NCBI GenBank assembly: GCA_035623825.1
Contig: DASPSR010000020.1
Location: forward strand, 32,001 to 96,000
Direction of reading: 5' to 3'
DNA length: 64,000 nucleotides
DNA from: Nitrospirota bacterium
Lineage (GTDB): Bacteria > Nitrospirota > UBA9217
Shown: positions 52,681 to 60,773 of the stretch, in pieces
How the letters are laid out: each line of letters starts with the position of its first letter
How positions within the stretch are numbered: the first letter of the stretch is position 1
Notes under the pieces: model-generated
Database searches by the model: none
What the model was told of the DNA's origin: nothing
Seen by the model: only the letters and a program-made list of their open reading frames with translations
Made by a program: the position numbers and the translations under genes

Positions 52681-52709
52681 ATCATAATCTTGATCAGTGC
52701 TCCTGTCAA
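52681..52709 (-). promoter_or_regulatory. sigma70-type promoter of the porin-cytochrome operon
   Basis: TTGACA-17 bp-TATGAT. Confidence 0.65.
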
Positions 52710-52859
52710 GTGAATTTTCCTGATGTTCCTGGTATGATCTCATGGTATTCCAAATGTTAAACAGTCTTGATTTTGCGTTCGAAGAATGCTATGGTATTTA
52801 TGCATGCTCAGAAACTTATTCCTATCTTCGTCCCCTGGCTAAAAGGAGAAAAAATCTCC

Positions 52860-53612
52860 GTGAGGATAAAACCAGTTTTATCGATTACGCTTCTTTCCCT
52901 GTTCTGCATGTACTCCCAGGCCTCATCGGCGGAGATCGACTGCCTCCAGTGCCACGAGGAGCTTACCAAAGGGAAAAGCGTTCACGCGGCCGTTTCCATG
53001 GGTTGCACCGCCTGCCACACCGCCGTAGATGCAACAGACATCCCGCATAAGATGACATCTAAGATCCCGAAAGGGCTTTCCGCCGAACAGCCCGACCTGT
53101 GCTACGGATGCCATGACAAATCTCTGTTTAACAAAAAATTCGTGCACCCCGCTATAGGCATGGGTTGCACCAGCTGCCACAACCCTCATGCAAGCAAATA
53201 CGCAAAGCTCCTGATCTCAGATCTCCCGGACCTGTGTTATGGCTGCCACGACAAGGGAATTTTCACGAAGAAGAACGTTCACCCTCCGGTTGCCGCAGGA
53301 CAATGCTTGTTCTGCCACGACCCCCACTCCTCGGACTTAGCTTTCCGGCTTGAAAAGCCTATTGACGTACTCTGCGAGACCTGCCATGCCGGCAAGTCTT
53401 CGGGAAAACACATCCTTGCAGGATACGGTCTCGGCGATCGTCACCCGACGAAAGGCGTACCCGACCCCTCGCATCCCGGAAAAGAGCTCTCCTGCACAAG
53501 TTGTCACAGCGTTATTCATTCCTCGAATGGGAAGTTCCTGTTCCCGGACGAAGCTGTTCGCTCCGGCAATATGTGCCTGCTGTGCCACATAAAGATCAGT
53601 GTCCGTCCATGA
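52860..53612 (+). CDS. Periplasmic nonaheme cytochrome c (paired CxxCH/DmsE-like repeats)
   Basis: 9 CxxCH motifs with repeated HP...CxxCHxPH.S...LCxxCH units; AGGAG before GTG 52860; signal peptide ending ASSA. Confidence 0.88.
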   Translation: MRIKPVLSITLLSLFCMYSQASSAEIDCLQCHEELTKGKSVHAAVSMGCTACHTAVDATDIPHKMTSKIPKGLSAEQPDLCYGCHDKSLFNKKFVHPAIGMGCTSCHNPHASKYAKLLISDLPDLCYGCHDKGIFTKKNVHPPVAAGQCLFCHDPHSSDLAFRLEKPIDVLCETCHAGKSSGKHILAGYGLGDRHPTKGVPDPSHPGKELSCTSCHSVIHSSNGKFLFPDEAVRSGNMCLLCHIKISVRP

Positions 53613-53692
53613 AAGACGTTTCCGTTAGGAAGCGGTTTACAGCATTCTTGTGTCGAAATGTGCAGAATTCAACAATGATCGGACGGACGCTC

Positions 53693-54601
53693 ATGCGAAT
53701 CCATCCCGCTATCGTTTTGCTCCTCTCCGTTTTATCTTTTCCCTCGCTCTCGTTTGCTACGCCGGACTACGCCCGGCAGACGGGATTTGAGTGCAAGCAC
53801 TGCCATATAGACGCCATCGGTGGCGGTCCGCTCACCCAGGCCGGGAAAATGTTTCTTGATGATATGAAGGTCAAAGGACTCTATCGGCCCCTGACCCCTG
53901 CGCAGCGGTACGTGCGCCTGATAATCGGATACCTGCACCTCGTGACGGCGATCGTCTGGTTCGGAACGATCATGTATGTCCATGTCCTCCTGAAGCCCGC
54001 TTACGCTTCTAAAGGCCTTCCAAAGGGCGAACTCAGGCTCGGCTGGCTTTCCATGATCATGATCCTCATATCGGGCGCGCTGCTGACAGTATCCCGGATC
54101 CCCGCTTGGAACGTCTTCGTCACCACCCGCTTTGGCATCCTGTTGAGCATAAAAATATTTCTGTTCCTTATCATGCTCGCCAGCGCGTTAGTTGTGACCA
54201 TCTATATCGGCCCAAAATTAAAGAAACAGAAGGGCCTTGCCGCTTCTCTTGAGCCCGGCGACTGTACCCTTGACGGCCTTGCCCCGTTCGATGGTAAGGA
54301 CGGCAGGCCCTCATACATTGCCTATAAGGGTATCATCTACGATGTGACGAGAAGCAGGTTTTGGAAGAACGGATCGCACGTTATGAAGCATGCGGCGGGA
54401 AACGATCTGACTGATTTCCTCAAGAACGCGCCTCATGGTGAAGACAGGATCCTTACCATGCCGCAGGTGGGCAAGCTCCTGGCATCTGAGGCAAAACCAC
54501 GTCGACCATTCCATGAACGGCTCTTCTACTTCTTTGCATATATGAACCTCGTTCTCGTGTTCGTCATCACGTTCATCATCGCACTCTGGAGATGGTGGTA
54601 A
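53693..54601 (+). CDS. Membrane protein: N-terminal single CxxCH domain, CopD-like TM bundle and cytochrome b5-like domain
   Basis: Signal peptide, then TPDYARQTGFECKHCH; YLHLVTAIVWFG; FDGKDGRPSYIAYKGIIYDVT...WKNGSH...HAAGNDLT...PHG; start inferred. Confidence 0.8.
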   Translation: MRIHPAIVLLLSVLSFPSLSFATPDYARQTGFECKHCHIDAIGGGPLTQAGKMFLDDMKVKGLYRPLTPAQRYVRLIIGYLHLVTAIVWFGTIMYVHVLLKPAYASKGLPKGELRLGWLSMIMILISGALLTVSRIPAWNVFVTTRFGILLSIKIFLFLIMLASALVVTIYIGPKLKKQKGLAASLEPGDCTLDGLAPFDGKDGRPSYIAYKGIIYDVTRSRFWKNGSHVMKHAAGNDLTDFLKNAPHGEDRILTMPQVGKLLASEAKPRRPFHERLFYFFAYMNLVLVFVITFIIALWRWW

Positions 54602-54621
54602 AGATCCCGCCGATCTCTCTC

Positions 54622-54641
54622 CCTATGATGTGCATCATAGG
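54622..54641 (+). promoter_or_regulatory. Crp/Fnr-like box CCTATGATG-TG-CATCATAGG upstream of the cupin gene
   Basis: Inverted repeat centred 29.5 bp before an extended -10 (TGa TACAGT, 54661-54666). Confidence 0.65.
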
Positions 54642-54712
54642 CTCTTCCCTACGTTAATGATACAGTGTGTCAAAGAAGATCCATAACAAGATGAACAAGG
54701 AGGGAAAATATC

Positions 54713-55027
54713 ATGGAGGTGCTCGATCTCAAGAAGTTGATGAAGTTCAACCCTGACAAGATATCACGAGAAATGCTGTCCGACAAGCCCGAGATGCGCG
54801 TCGCGCTCATGTGCTTGAGCCCTGGCCAGAAGCTTGAGCCCCACAAGGCGCCGTTGCGACTCATGATGTACTGCGTCGAAGGAACGGGGACTTTCACCGT
54901 TGGTGAAGAGAAAATCGAGGCGGACGAGAAAACCTGCATCCTGTGCGATCCGTCGGTGCCGCATGGTTTTGAGGCGAATAAGGGCCAGAAACTCGTCGTC
55001 ATGGCGGTTGTGACACCGGTGGATTGA
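54713..55027 (+). CDS. Cupin domain protein
   Basis: PGQKLEPHKAP...EGTG...PHGF; AGGAGG SD. Confidence 0.85.
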   Translation: MEVLDLKKLMKFNPDKISREMLSDKPEMRVALMCLSPGQKLEPHKAPLRLMMYCVEGTGTFTVGEEKIEADEKTCILCDPSVPHGFEANKGQKLVVMAVVTPVD

Positions 55028-55082
55028 AACAGAAGAATATATTATAAGCGGTCTGAATCAAGATACACATCAACGGAACAAT

Positions 55083-55112
55083 AAAAACGCCCTCACTTCC
55101 AAGTGAGGGCGT
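55083..55112 (-). terminator. Strong hairpin with U tract on the minus strand (may also terminate the cupin transcript)
   Basis: ACGCCCTCACTT/AAGTGAGGGCGT inverted repeat flanked by AAAAA on the plus strand. Confidence 0.6.
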
Positions 55113-55317
55113 GCTCTCAAAGGGCAGCGCCGCTATGATCGACGCCCCTTTCATGTATTTTCTCCTCCCGCATTCCACGGATGCATGAAATGTCTCGTGA
55201 CAAACCAATAAAGTCAACCCTCGATGGTGGTGCATAATTATGCAACTGCATGCTACTTTCGCATTATTGAACTGTAAACCGGATTTCTTCACTTCGATAT
55301 AATTTCTTTTACAACTC

Positions 55318-55335
55318 GTATGACATGCATCATAC
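55318..55335 (+). promoter_or_regulatory. Crp/Fnr-like box GTATGAC-ATGC-ATCATAC upstream of norC
   Basis: Centred 29.5 bp before -10 TATGCT (55356-55361), i.e. about -41.5. Confidence 0.7.
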
Positions 55336-55401
55336 CAGAAAATTGCGTTTTGGATTATGCTTTTCCCGTTACTGGCAAAAATCCAAACCAAGGAGGTGCG
55401 T

Positions 55402-56085
55402 ATGGGAAATAAAGCAGCGAGGAATCTCTTTATCATTGGCAGTCTCTTCTTCTTCGTGGTCTTCCTTGCCCTCACAGTCGACACACTGGGGAAACTCGAC
55501 AAACGGGCACCGGAAATCACGCAAGCAGTTGACGACGGCAAAATGGTATGGCACAAGTACGATTGCATCGGATGCCATACCATTCTCGGGAACGGGACCT
55601 ATTTCGCTCCCGACCTGACCAAGGTAGCTGCTCGTAAGCCGAAAAGCTACCTTAAGCAGTTCATCATGGACCCCAAAGGAGTAAAGGGAGACGCGGTGAT
55701 GCCCACTCTTGGGATCAGCTCCACCGAAGCTGACAACCTTCTGGCTTTTCTCGACTGGATGTCCAAGGTCGACACGAACGGTTGGCCTCCCAAACCGATA
55801 CTTGCAACGGCCGCTGGCGTCGGGGGAAAAGAGCTGACTGCCGGACAACTGGTGTACCAGGCGCAGGGCTGCTCCAACTGCCATTCCATCAGCGGCATCG
55901 GCGGGACCTCTGGACCGGACCTGACGAAGGTAGGGAGCAGGCGCGATCGTGACTGGTTAATCGGCCATTTCAAGGACCCGCAGAAATATGTGAAGAATTC
56001 CGCGATGCCGCCGGTCACTGCCTCTAATGAGGAGATCGACCAACTCACAGCATACATGCTTACACTCAAGGAGGCGACAAAATGA
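55402..56085 (+). CDS. norC: Nitric oxide reductase cytochrome c subunit, diheme
   Basis: ARNLFIIGSLFFFVVFLALT anchor, CIGCHTILG.G.YFAPDLTK, second domain CSNCH...GPDL...MP; AAGGAGGT SD. Confidence 0.9.
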   Translation: MGNKAARNLFIIGSLFFFVVFLALTVDTLGKLDKRAPEITQAVDDGKMVWHKYDCIGCHTILGNGTYFAPDLTKVAARKPKSYLKQFIMDPKGVKGDAVMPTLGISSTEADNLLAFLDWMSKVDTNGWPPKPILATAAGVGGKELTAGQLVYQAQGCSNCHSISGIGGTSGPDLTKVGSRRDRDWLIGHFKDPQKYVKNSAMPPVTASNEEIDQLTAYMLTLKEATK

Positions 56086-57473
56086 CAATGAAATATAAAA
56101 GTCAAAGGATCGCGCAGTACTTTTACACCTTCGCGATCCTGCTGTTCCTCGTGCAGGTGCTCGTCGGCCTTATCGGCGCCCTCGAGTTCATATGGCCGAA
56201 CTTCTTCTTCCTGAAGTTTCACATCATCAAGACGCTCCATGTGAATGCGCTCGTGATCTGGCTCCTCGCCGGTCTCATGGGGGCGACCTACTATGTGGTT
56301 CCCGAGGAATCGGAAACGGAACTCTGGAGCTATCCTCTTGCCTTGTTTCAGTTCTGGGCAACGGTCGTTACCGTGACCTTGGTGGTGATCGGCTATATAT
56401 GGATGGGTTTCGACCCCCAGGCGAATAAGACGGTGTTCGGCACTCTGATACTGAACGAAGGCCGCGAGTATATCGAGGCCCCGCGCTGGGCGGACATTCT
56501 CATCGTGGTCTCGGTGCTTCTGTTCCTGTTCAACAACTTCATGACCATGTTCAAAACCAAGAAATGGACCGGAATTCAGGGCACGCTCCTGGGCGGCCTC
56601 GTGTTTTTGGCACTCATGTATCTGCCGGGCATGGTCTATACCAAGAGCATGGTCAAGGACCAGTTCTGGTGGTGGTGGGTGGTCCATCTCTGGGTAGAGG
56701 GCGCATGGGAGGTCATCGCGGGCGCCTTGCTCGCATTCATGCTGATGAAGGTGATCGGCGCGAAGCGTGAAGTGCTTGAAAAATGGATGTACATTGAGGT
56801 GGGCCTCGTAATGTTCACGGGTCTTTTAGGCACCGGCCATCACTATTACTGGATCGGAACGCCGGGATACTGGCTCTGGGTCGGCGGAATCTTCAGTTCC
56901 CTGGAACCCCTTCCCTTGCTCCTAATGGTCTGGGATGCGTTCAGGACGACTAGGGAGGCGCGGCAGGTCACGAACCGTGCCGGACTGTACTATACCGTGG
57001 CGCACGCGATCTTCAATTTCGTGGGCGCGGGCCTCTGGGGTGTGATCCACACCCTCCCACAGGTGAATAAGTGGACGCACGGCACGCAGATCACCGCGGC
57101 ACACGGCCACCTCGCGTTCTACGGGGCCTATGTGCTTCTGGTGATGTCCATGATCTATGTGACCCTTCCGGCGATCCGGGGAGTGAAAGAGTACGATCCG
57201 GGAAGAGCCTTTGCGTCTTTCTGGTGGATGACGATCTCAATGATATTCATGGTGTTCGTGCTCACCGGGGCAGGAATGGTGCAGGTCTACATGGAGCGGC
57301 TCATGGGGCTCGACTATGAGGCCGTGAAGGCGAATTACAATCTCTGGTTCTGGGTCTTCCGTGCGGTCTTCGGCGCCGGGTTCCTTGTGGGCGTCGCCAT
57401 CTTCGTCGTCGACTACTTCAAGCTCGGCGGGGAAGCGGCCCCTGCGCTTCAGACGGCAACGGACCGCGGTTGA
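56082..57473 (+). CDS. norB: Nitric oxide reductase catalytic subunit (cNOR)
   Basis: GREYIE, WWVVHLWVEGAWE, GTGHHYYW, SSLEP, HGHLAFYG; ATGA overlap with norC. Confidence 0.95.
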   Translation: MTMKYKSQRIAQYFYTFAILLFLVQVLVGLIGALEFIWPNFFFLKFHIIKTLHVNALVIWLLAGLMGATYYVVPEESETELWSYPLALFQFWATVVTVTLVVIGYIWMGFDPQANKTVFGTLILNEGREYIEAPRWADILIVVSVLLFLFNNFMTMFKTKKWTGIQGTLLGGLVFLALMYLPGMVYTKSMVKDQFWWWWVVHLWVEGAWEVIAGALLAFMLMKVIGAKREVLEKWMYIEVGLVMFTGLLGTGHHYYWIGTPGYWLWVGGIFSSLEPLPLLLMVWDAFRTTREARQVTNRAGLYYTVAHAIFNFVGAGLWGVIHTLPQVNKWTHGTQITAAHGHLAFYGAYVLLVMSMIYVTLPAIRGVKEYDPGRAFASFWWMTISMIFMVFVLTGAGMVQVYMERLMGLDYEAVKANYNLWFWVFRAVFGAGFLVGVAIFVVDYFKLGGEAAPALQTATDRG

Positions 57474-57503
57474 TATCTGCCCGGTAATTGTGATAAAATT
57501 AAG

Positions 57504-57531
57504 AGGACGGCGATATGCCGTCCTTTTTTTT
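57504..57531 (+). terminator. Intrinsic terminator after norB
   Basis: AGGACGGC-GATAT-GCCGTCCT followed by a T run. Confidence 0.88.
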
Positions 57532-57738
57532 GCGTGAAGCGTTGATGGCGGAGACGCTTTTGGACTAATGTCGCTCATCATGGTAACAATCCGCATTCCA
57601 GAAGGACAACATATCGCTTCAATCTTCAAAGGGGCATGATGGACACGGATGTTTGATGCGGCGGATATTCTTTATTGAAACTTTCTATGTTGACGGCGGG
57701 CCAGGATAACGATATCGGACAGATAACCTCATCTCATT

Positions 57739-57767
57739 TTGCAAGCGAGGCATCATTTTGCTATAAT
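57739..57767 (+). promoter_or_regulatory. sigma70-type promoter
   Basis: TTGCAA-17 bp-TATAAT with TG extension. Confidence 0.55.
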
Positions 57768-57810
57768 TCCCATATTGGCTTAATTACATAGTCATACCTG
57801 ATATTGCACT

Positions 57811-58614
57811 GTGCCAATCATTATGAACAATTCCCTATACCTTTTTCTGCGAACTGCGCTATTCATATTGGCCTCCTGCCTGTTGATCATCGGATATGGA
57901 TTCTGGCAAAGGGCTGCTTGGGCCCTTGCACTCTGGCCGTGGCCGGATGGCCCCTTGAGTTATCTATTCATTTCATCCATGCTTCTCGCAGAAGGAGCCA
58001 CCATGACGTGGGTTTGCGTTACGATGGAACTCAACGCGGTCCGTGGTGGATCGCTCGGATTTGCTGCCATGAATGCCGGCATTTCTGTTTTTACCGGCTA
58101 CCTTTACGGTCAACGCCACCAATCGCTGCTGACGGCTTGGACAATCGTTTGTGGAGTCCTAGCCATCGGTGCGCTGGTCCTCTTCGTTATGGGCGCCAAA
58201 TATGAACGCCGCGATGTCCGCCCTTCGCCGCCTGTCGTGCGAACCTCCTTCTTAGTCTTTTCAGTCGCGCTTTTCACCGCGACAGCAATGCTGCTTGCGA
58301 GAAGGCCTATTGTTTTCCCTTGGCCGCTCAAACCCGACAGTTCGGTTATGTTTGGTTTCCTGTTTCTGGCCTCGGCTATTTACTTCTTTGACGGTTGGCT
58401 GCGGCCAAGCGCGGCCAACGCCTCTGGACAACTTCTGGGTTTCCTCGTTTACGATATTGTTCTTATCCCCCCCTATCTTCATCATTGGAGCAAGACACTA
58501 GGAGGATTTCGTGTCAGTTTGGTGATTTACCTCATCGTCCTTTTCTGGAGCGCAGCTCTTGCGCTCTGGTTTTGGTTTAAATACGGACTCGTCAAGCATA
58601 TAAAAAACCTGTGA
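57811..58614 (+). CDS. Hypothetical integral membrane protein (about 8 TM, internal two-fold repeat)
   Basis: Hydrophobic ORF; LWPWP...FISS and VFPWPL...FGF halves. Confidence 0.7.
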   Translation: MPIIMNNSLYLFLRTALFILASCLLIIGYGFWQRAAWALALWPWPDGPLSYLFISSMLLAEGATMTWVCVTMELNAVRGGSLGFAAMNAGISVFTGYLYGQRHQSLLTAWTIVCGVLAIGALVLFVMGAKYERRDVRPSPPVVRTSFLVFSVALFTATAMLLARRPIVFPWPLKPDSSVMFGFLFLASAIYFFDGWLRPSAANASGQLLGFLVYDIVLIPPYLHHWSKTLGGFRVSLVIYLIVLFWSAALALWFWFKYGLVKHIKNL

Positions 58615-58828
58615 CCAATCACGAGGCCTCGCAATAATTGGCCGAATAAGGCATAGCTTGATCCGCTTCGGGGCGACACATCTGGAGAAAACATCTGAAA
58701 TTATGCTATTAACTTATCATGATCTTATGCTATCCCATTGTGTGGCCAGATTTCCATTAATTTTAACTAGAACCACTCAAGGTAACGGTGAATCCATCGG
58801 CATTTCCCATTCGTACGCATATAGAGCG

Positions 58829-58844
58829 TATGACCTGAATCATA
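58829..58844 (+). promoter_or_regulatory. Crp/Fnr-like box TATGAC-CTGA-ATCATA upstream of the 4Fe-4S membrane protein gene
   Basis: Third copy of the motif; TATAAA at 58866-58871 is again 29.5 bp downstream. Confidence 0.6.
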
Positions 58845-58877
58845 TTCATTTTTCTCTGCATGTACTATAAATCCAGT

Positions 58878-59807
58878 ATGAAGACGGCCACCTTAACCAC
58901 ATATCGAAGGATCACCCAGGTGCTCTTTATCCTGTTTATCTTCCTCATGCCCGTATTGAACATATTCCGGTATGACACGACAACCCATGAGCTGATCCTA
59001 TTCGGAAACGTCTGGGGTCTCGGCCTTCGAGAGGGCTTCTCTTCCGACCATAGCATGGCCGGCTCGCTCCACATCCTGGTCCAATTTTTCTTAAAGGCGA
59101 TCCTTCCCTGGCTCTTCATCCTGGCGATCTTTCCCCTTCTCGGCTATTTCACGGGAAGGTTCTTCTGCGGTTGGCTCTGTCCTGAAGGTGCTCTGTTCGA
59201 ACTGTCCGATTTCCTGACCCTCAAGCTCCTCAACAGAAGAAGCCCGTACGGAAGGAGACCGAACGACCCGGAGGTGACTTGCACGAACAAGATAGGATAC
59301 GGGTTGATTGCGCTCGCATGCGCAACGGTCATCCCTGTCCTCGGAGGTGTGGCACTCACCGGTTATTTCGTTGCCTCGAAGACCATCTGGCACCAGATCT
59401 CGACCTGGAGCTTCACCTTCGGCGTCAAGGCAGGCATCATCGGCGTTTCTATCTACATGCTCATCACTTCGATATTCGTTCGACACGTCCTGTGCCGATT
59501 TGTCTGCGCCGCCGGACTTATGCAGATGCTGTTAGGCTGGATCAGCCCCGTCTCGCTCCGGCTCAGGATGGACGCGGCCCGGATATCAGCCTGCACTGAC
59601 TGCAAGGGCTGCGACAAGGCGTGCTTCATGAATGTTACCCCGAGAAAGAACAAGCGGGACATCTCGTGCGTGAACTGCGGGGCGTGCATCGAAGCGTGCA
59701 ACAGAGAACTCGGCGAAGGAAAAGGTCTGTTCCATTTTGAATTTGGCGACGGATATGCTTCACCTCACAAAAAAACCGCGGGGATATTTCAACCGAAGAA
59801 CACTTAA
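58878..59807 (+). CDS. Membrane 4Fe-4S binding protein (NapH/MauN/CcoG family)
   Basis: GRFFCGWLCPEG, CRFVC, CTDCKGCDKAC, CVNCGACIEAC. Confidence 0.88.
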   Translation: MKTATLTTYRRITQVLFILFIFLMPVLNIFRYDTTTHELILFGNVWGLGLREGFSSDHSMAGSLHILVQFFLKAILPWLFILAIFPLLGYFTGRFFCGWLCPEGALFELSDFLTLKLLNRRSPYGRRPNDPEVTCTNKIGYGLIALACATVIPVLGGVALTGYFVASKTIWHQISTWSFTFGVKAGIIGVSIYMLITSIFVRHVLCRFVCAAGLMQMLLGWISPVSLRLRMDAARISACTDCKGCDKACFMNVTPRKNKRDISCVNCGACIEACNRELGEGKGLFHFEFGDGYASPHKKTAGIFQPKNT

Positions 59808-60086
59808 GACCGTGACAGAATTCTCGTCAAGTTCCAAAAACCATTTCCAATCAGACCCTATCGAACCTTTCTTGGACTCTGTGGGTAAAACGGTATCCCA
59901 CTCCATGGAAACCATTTACTGCCTTGTTATGTCAAAAAACTTCTAAATTCGTGCTACAATTACTCCATACGCATTTCTCTGATCGAAATTCTTCATCATA
60001 ATTCGCATGTTAGCTGCATGTTCGTGTCGACAAAATGCGTTTTTTTGCAACTCTCGTCATCCTGCATCAGGAGAAGGTAAAACCGC

Positions 60087-60114
60087 TTGACAATCACCTG
60101 ATATATGGTAAATT
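60087..60114 (+). promoter_or_regulatory. sigma70-type promoter of the prx-rrf2-cco operon
   Basis: TTGACA-16 bp-TAAATT with TG extension. Confidence 0.6.
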
Positions 60115-60157
60115 AAGGTCTTAAATATCCTATATAGTAACGAAGGAGGACAACATC

Positions 60158-60769
60158 ATGTCTAGTGAATGCTGTGGTATTCGGGTCGGCCAGACGGTGC
60201 CGGATTTCAAGCTTGAGACCTATGATCCCTCGAAGGGCGATTTCAGCGAGATCAGCCTCGCCGCGCAGAAAGCGGCAAAAAAATGGACGGTTCTTTTCTT
60301 CTACCCTGCCGATTTCACTTTTGTTTGAGCGACGGAATTTGCTGCTCTGGCGGAGCAGTATGAAGCATTCAAAAAAGCCGGTGCCGAGGTGATTACTGTA
60401 AGCACCGATACCAAATTCGTCCACCTCGCATGGCAACGTGACGAGAAAATGCTCGAAAAAGTCAAATATCCCATGGGCTCTGATACTACCGGCAAACTGT
60501 CGCGATCATTCGGCGTCTATGATGAGGAGACAGGTCTTGCGCTGAGAGGGACGTTCATCATAAACCCTGATGGTGTTCTGCGCAACTCAGAAGTTAATTA
60601 TTACAATCTCGGCAGGAACATCGAAGAAATGTTGCGGAAGGTCAACGCGAACATTCACCTCGCAGCAAACCCCGTTGAAGCTTGCCCAGCCCAGTGGAAG
60701 AAGGAAGGTGACAAGACACTGAAACCCTCCGCTAAAATGGTCGGCAAGGTGTATGAGGCGTTGAAGTAA
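60158..60769 (+). CDS. prxU: Selenocysteine-containing AhpC/Prx1 peroxiredoxin (UGA at 60326-60328 read as Sec57)
   Basis: AAGGAGG then ATG 60158; reads ...FFYPADFTFV-TGA-ATEF... and continues in frame into ORF 60389-60769 (LRGTFIINPDG, GRN, ACPAQW); TGA sits at the peroxidatic Cys position. Confidence 0.92.
60340..60360 (+). promoter_or_regulatory. Candidate bacterial SECIS hairpin
   Basis: TGCTGCTC-TGGCG-GAGCAGTA 8-bp stem (one G-U pair) starting after an 11-nt spacer from the UGA. Confidence 0.7.
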
Positions 60770-60773
60770 AAGT

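Noticed and set aside
53693-53860. Calling this gene a Cyc2 iron oxidase
   Set aside because: Only the short heme head resembles Cyc2; the rest is alpha-helical TM plus b5, with no fused beta-barrel
54999-55583. 194-aa minus-strand ORF
   Set aside because: Overlaps norC antisense and its promoter, crosses a terminator hairpin, and has no protein-like features
55647-56687. 346-aa minus-strand ORF
   Set aside because: Antisense shadow of norC/norB caused by GC-rich codon bias
57540-57630. Possible transposase zinc-finger remnant (IEAICCPSGMRIV) on the minus strand
   Set aside because: Similarity too short and degenerate to support
60389-60769. Standalone 126-aa protein or peroxiredoxin pseudogene
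   Set aside because: Upstream frame is intact with an SD, and the only stop is TGA at the catalytic Cys followed by a hairpin; better explained by selenocysteine
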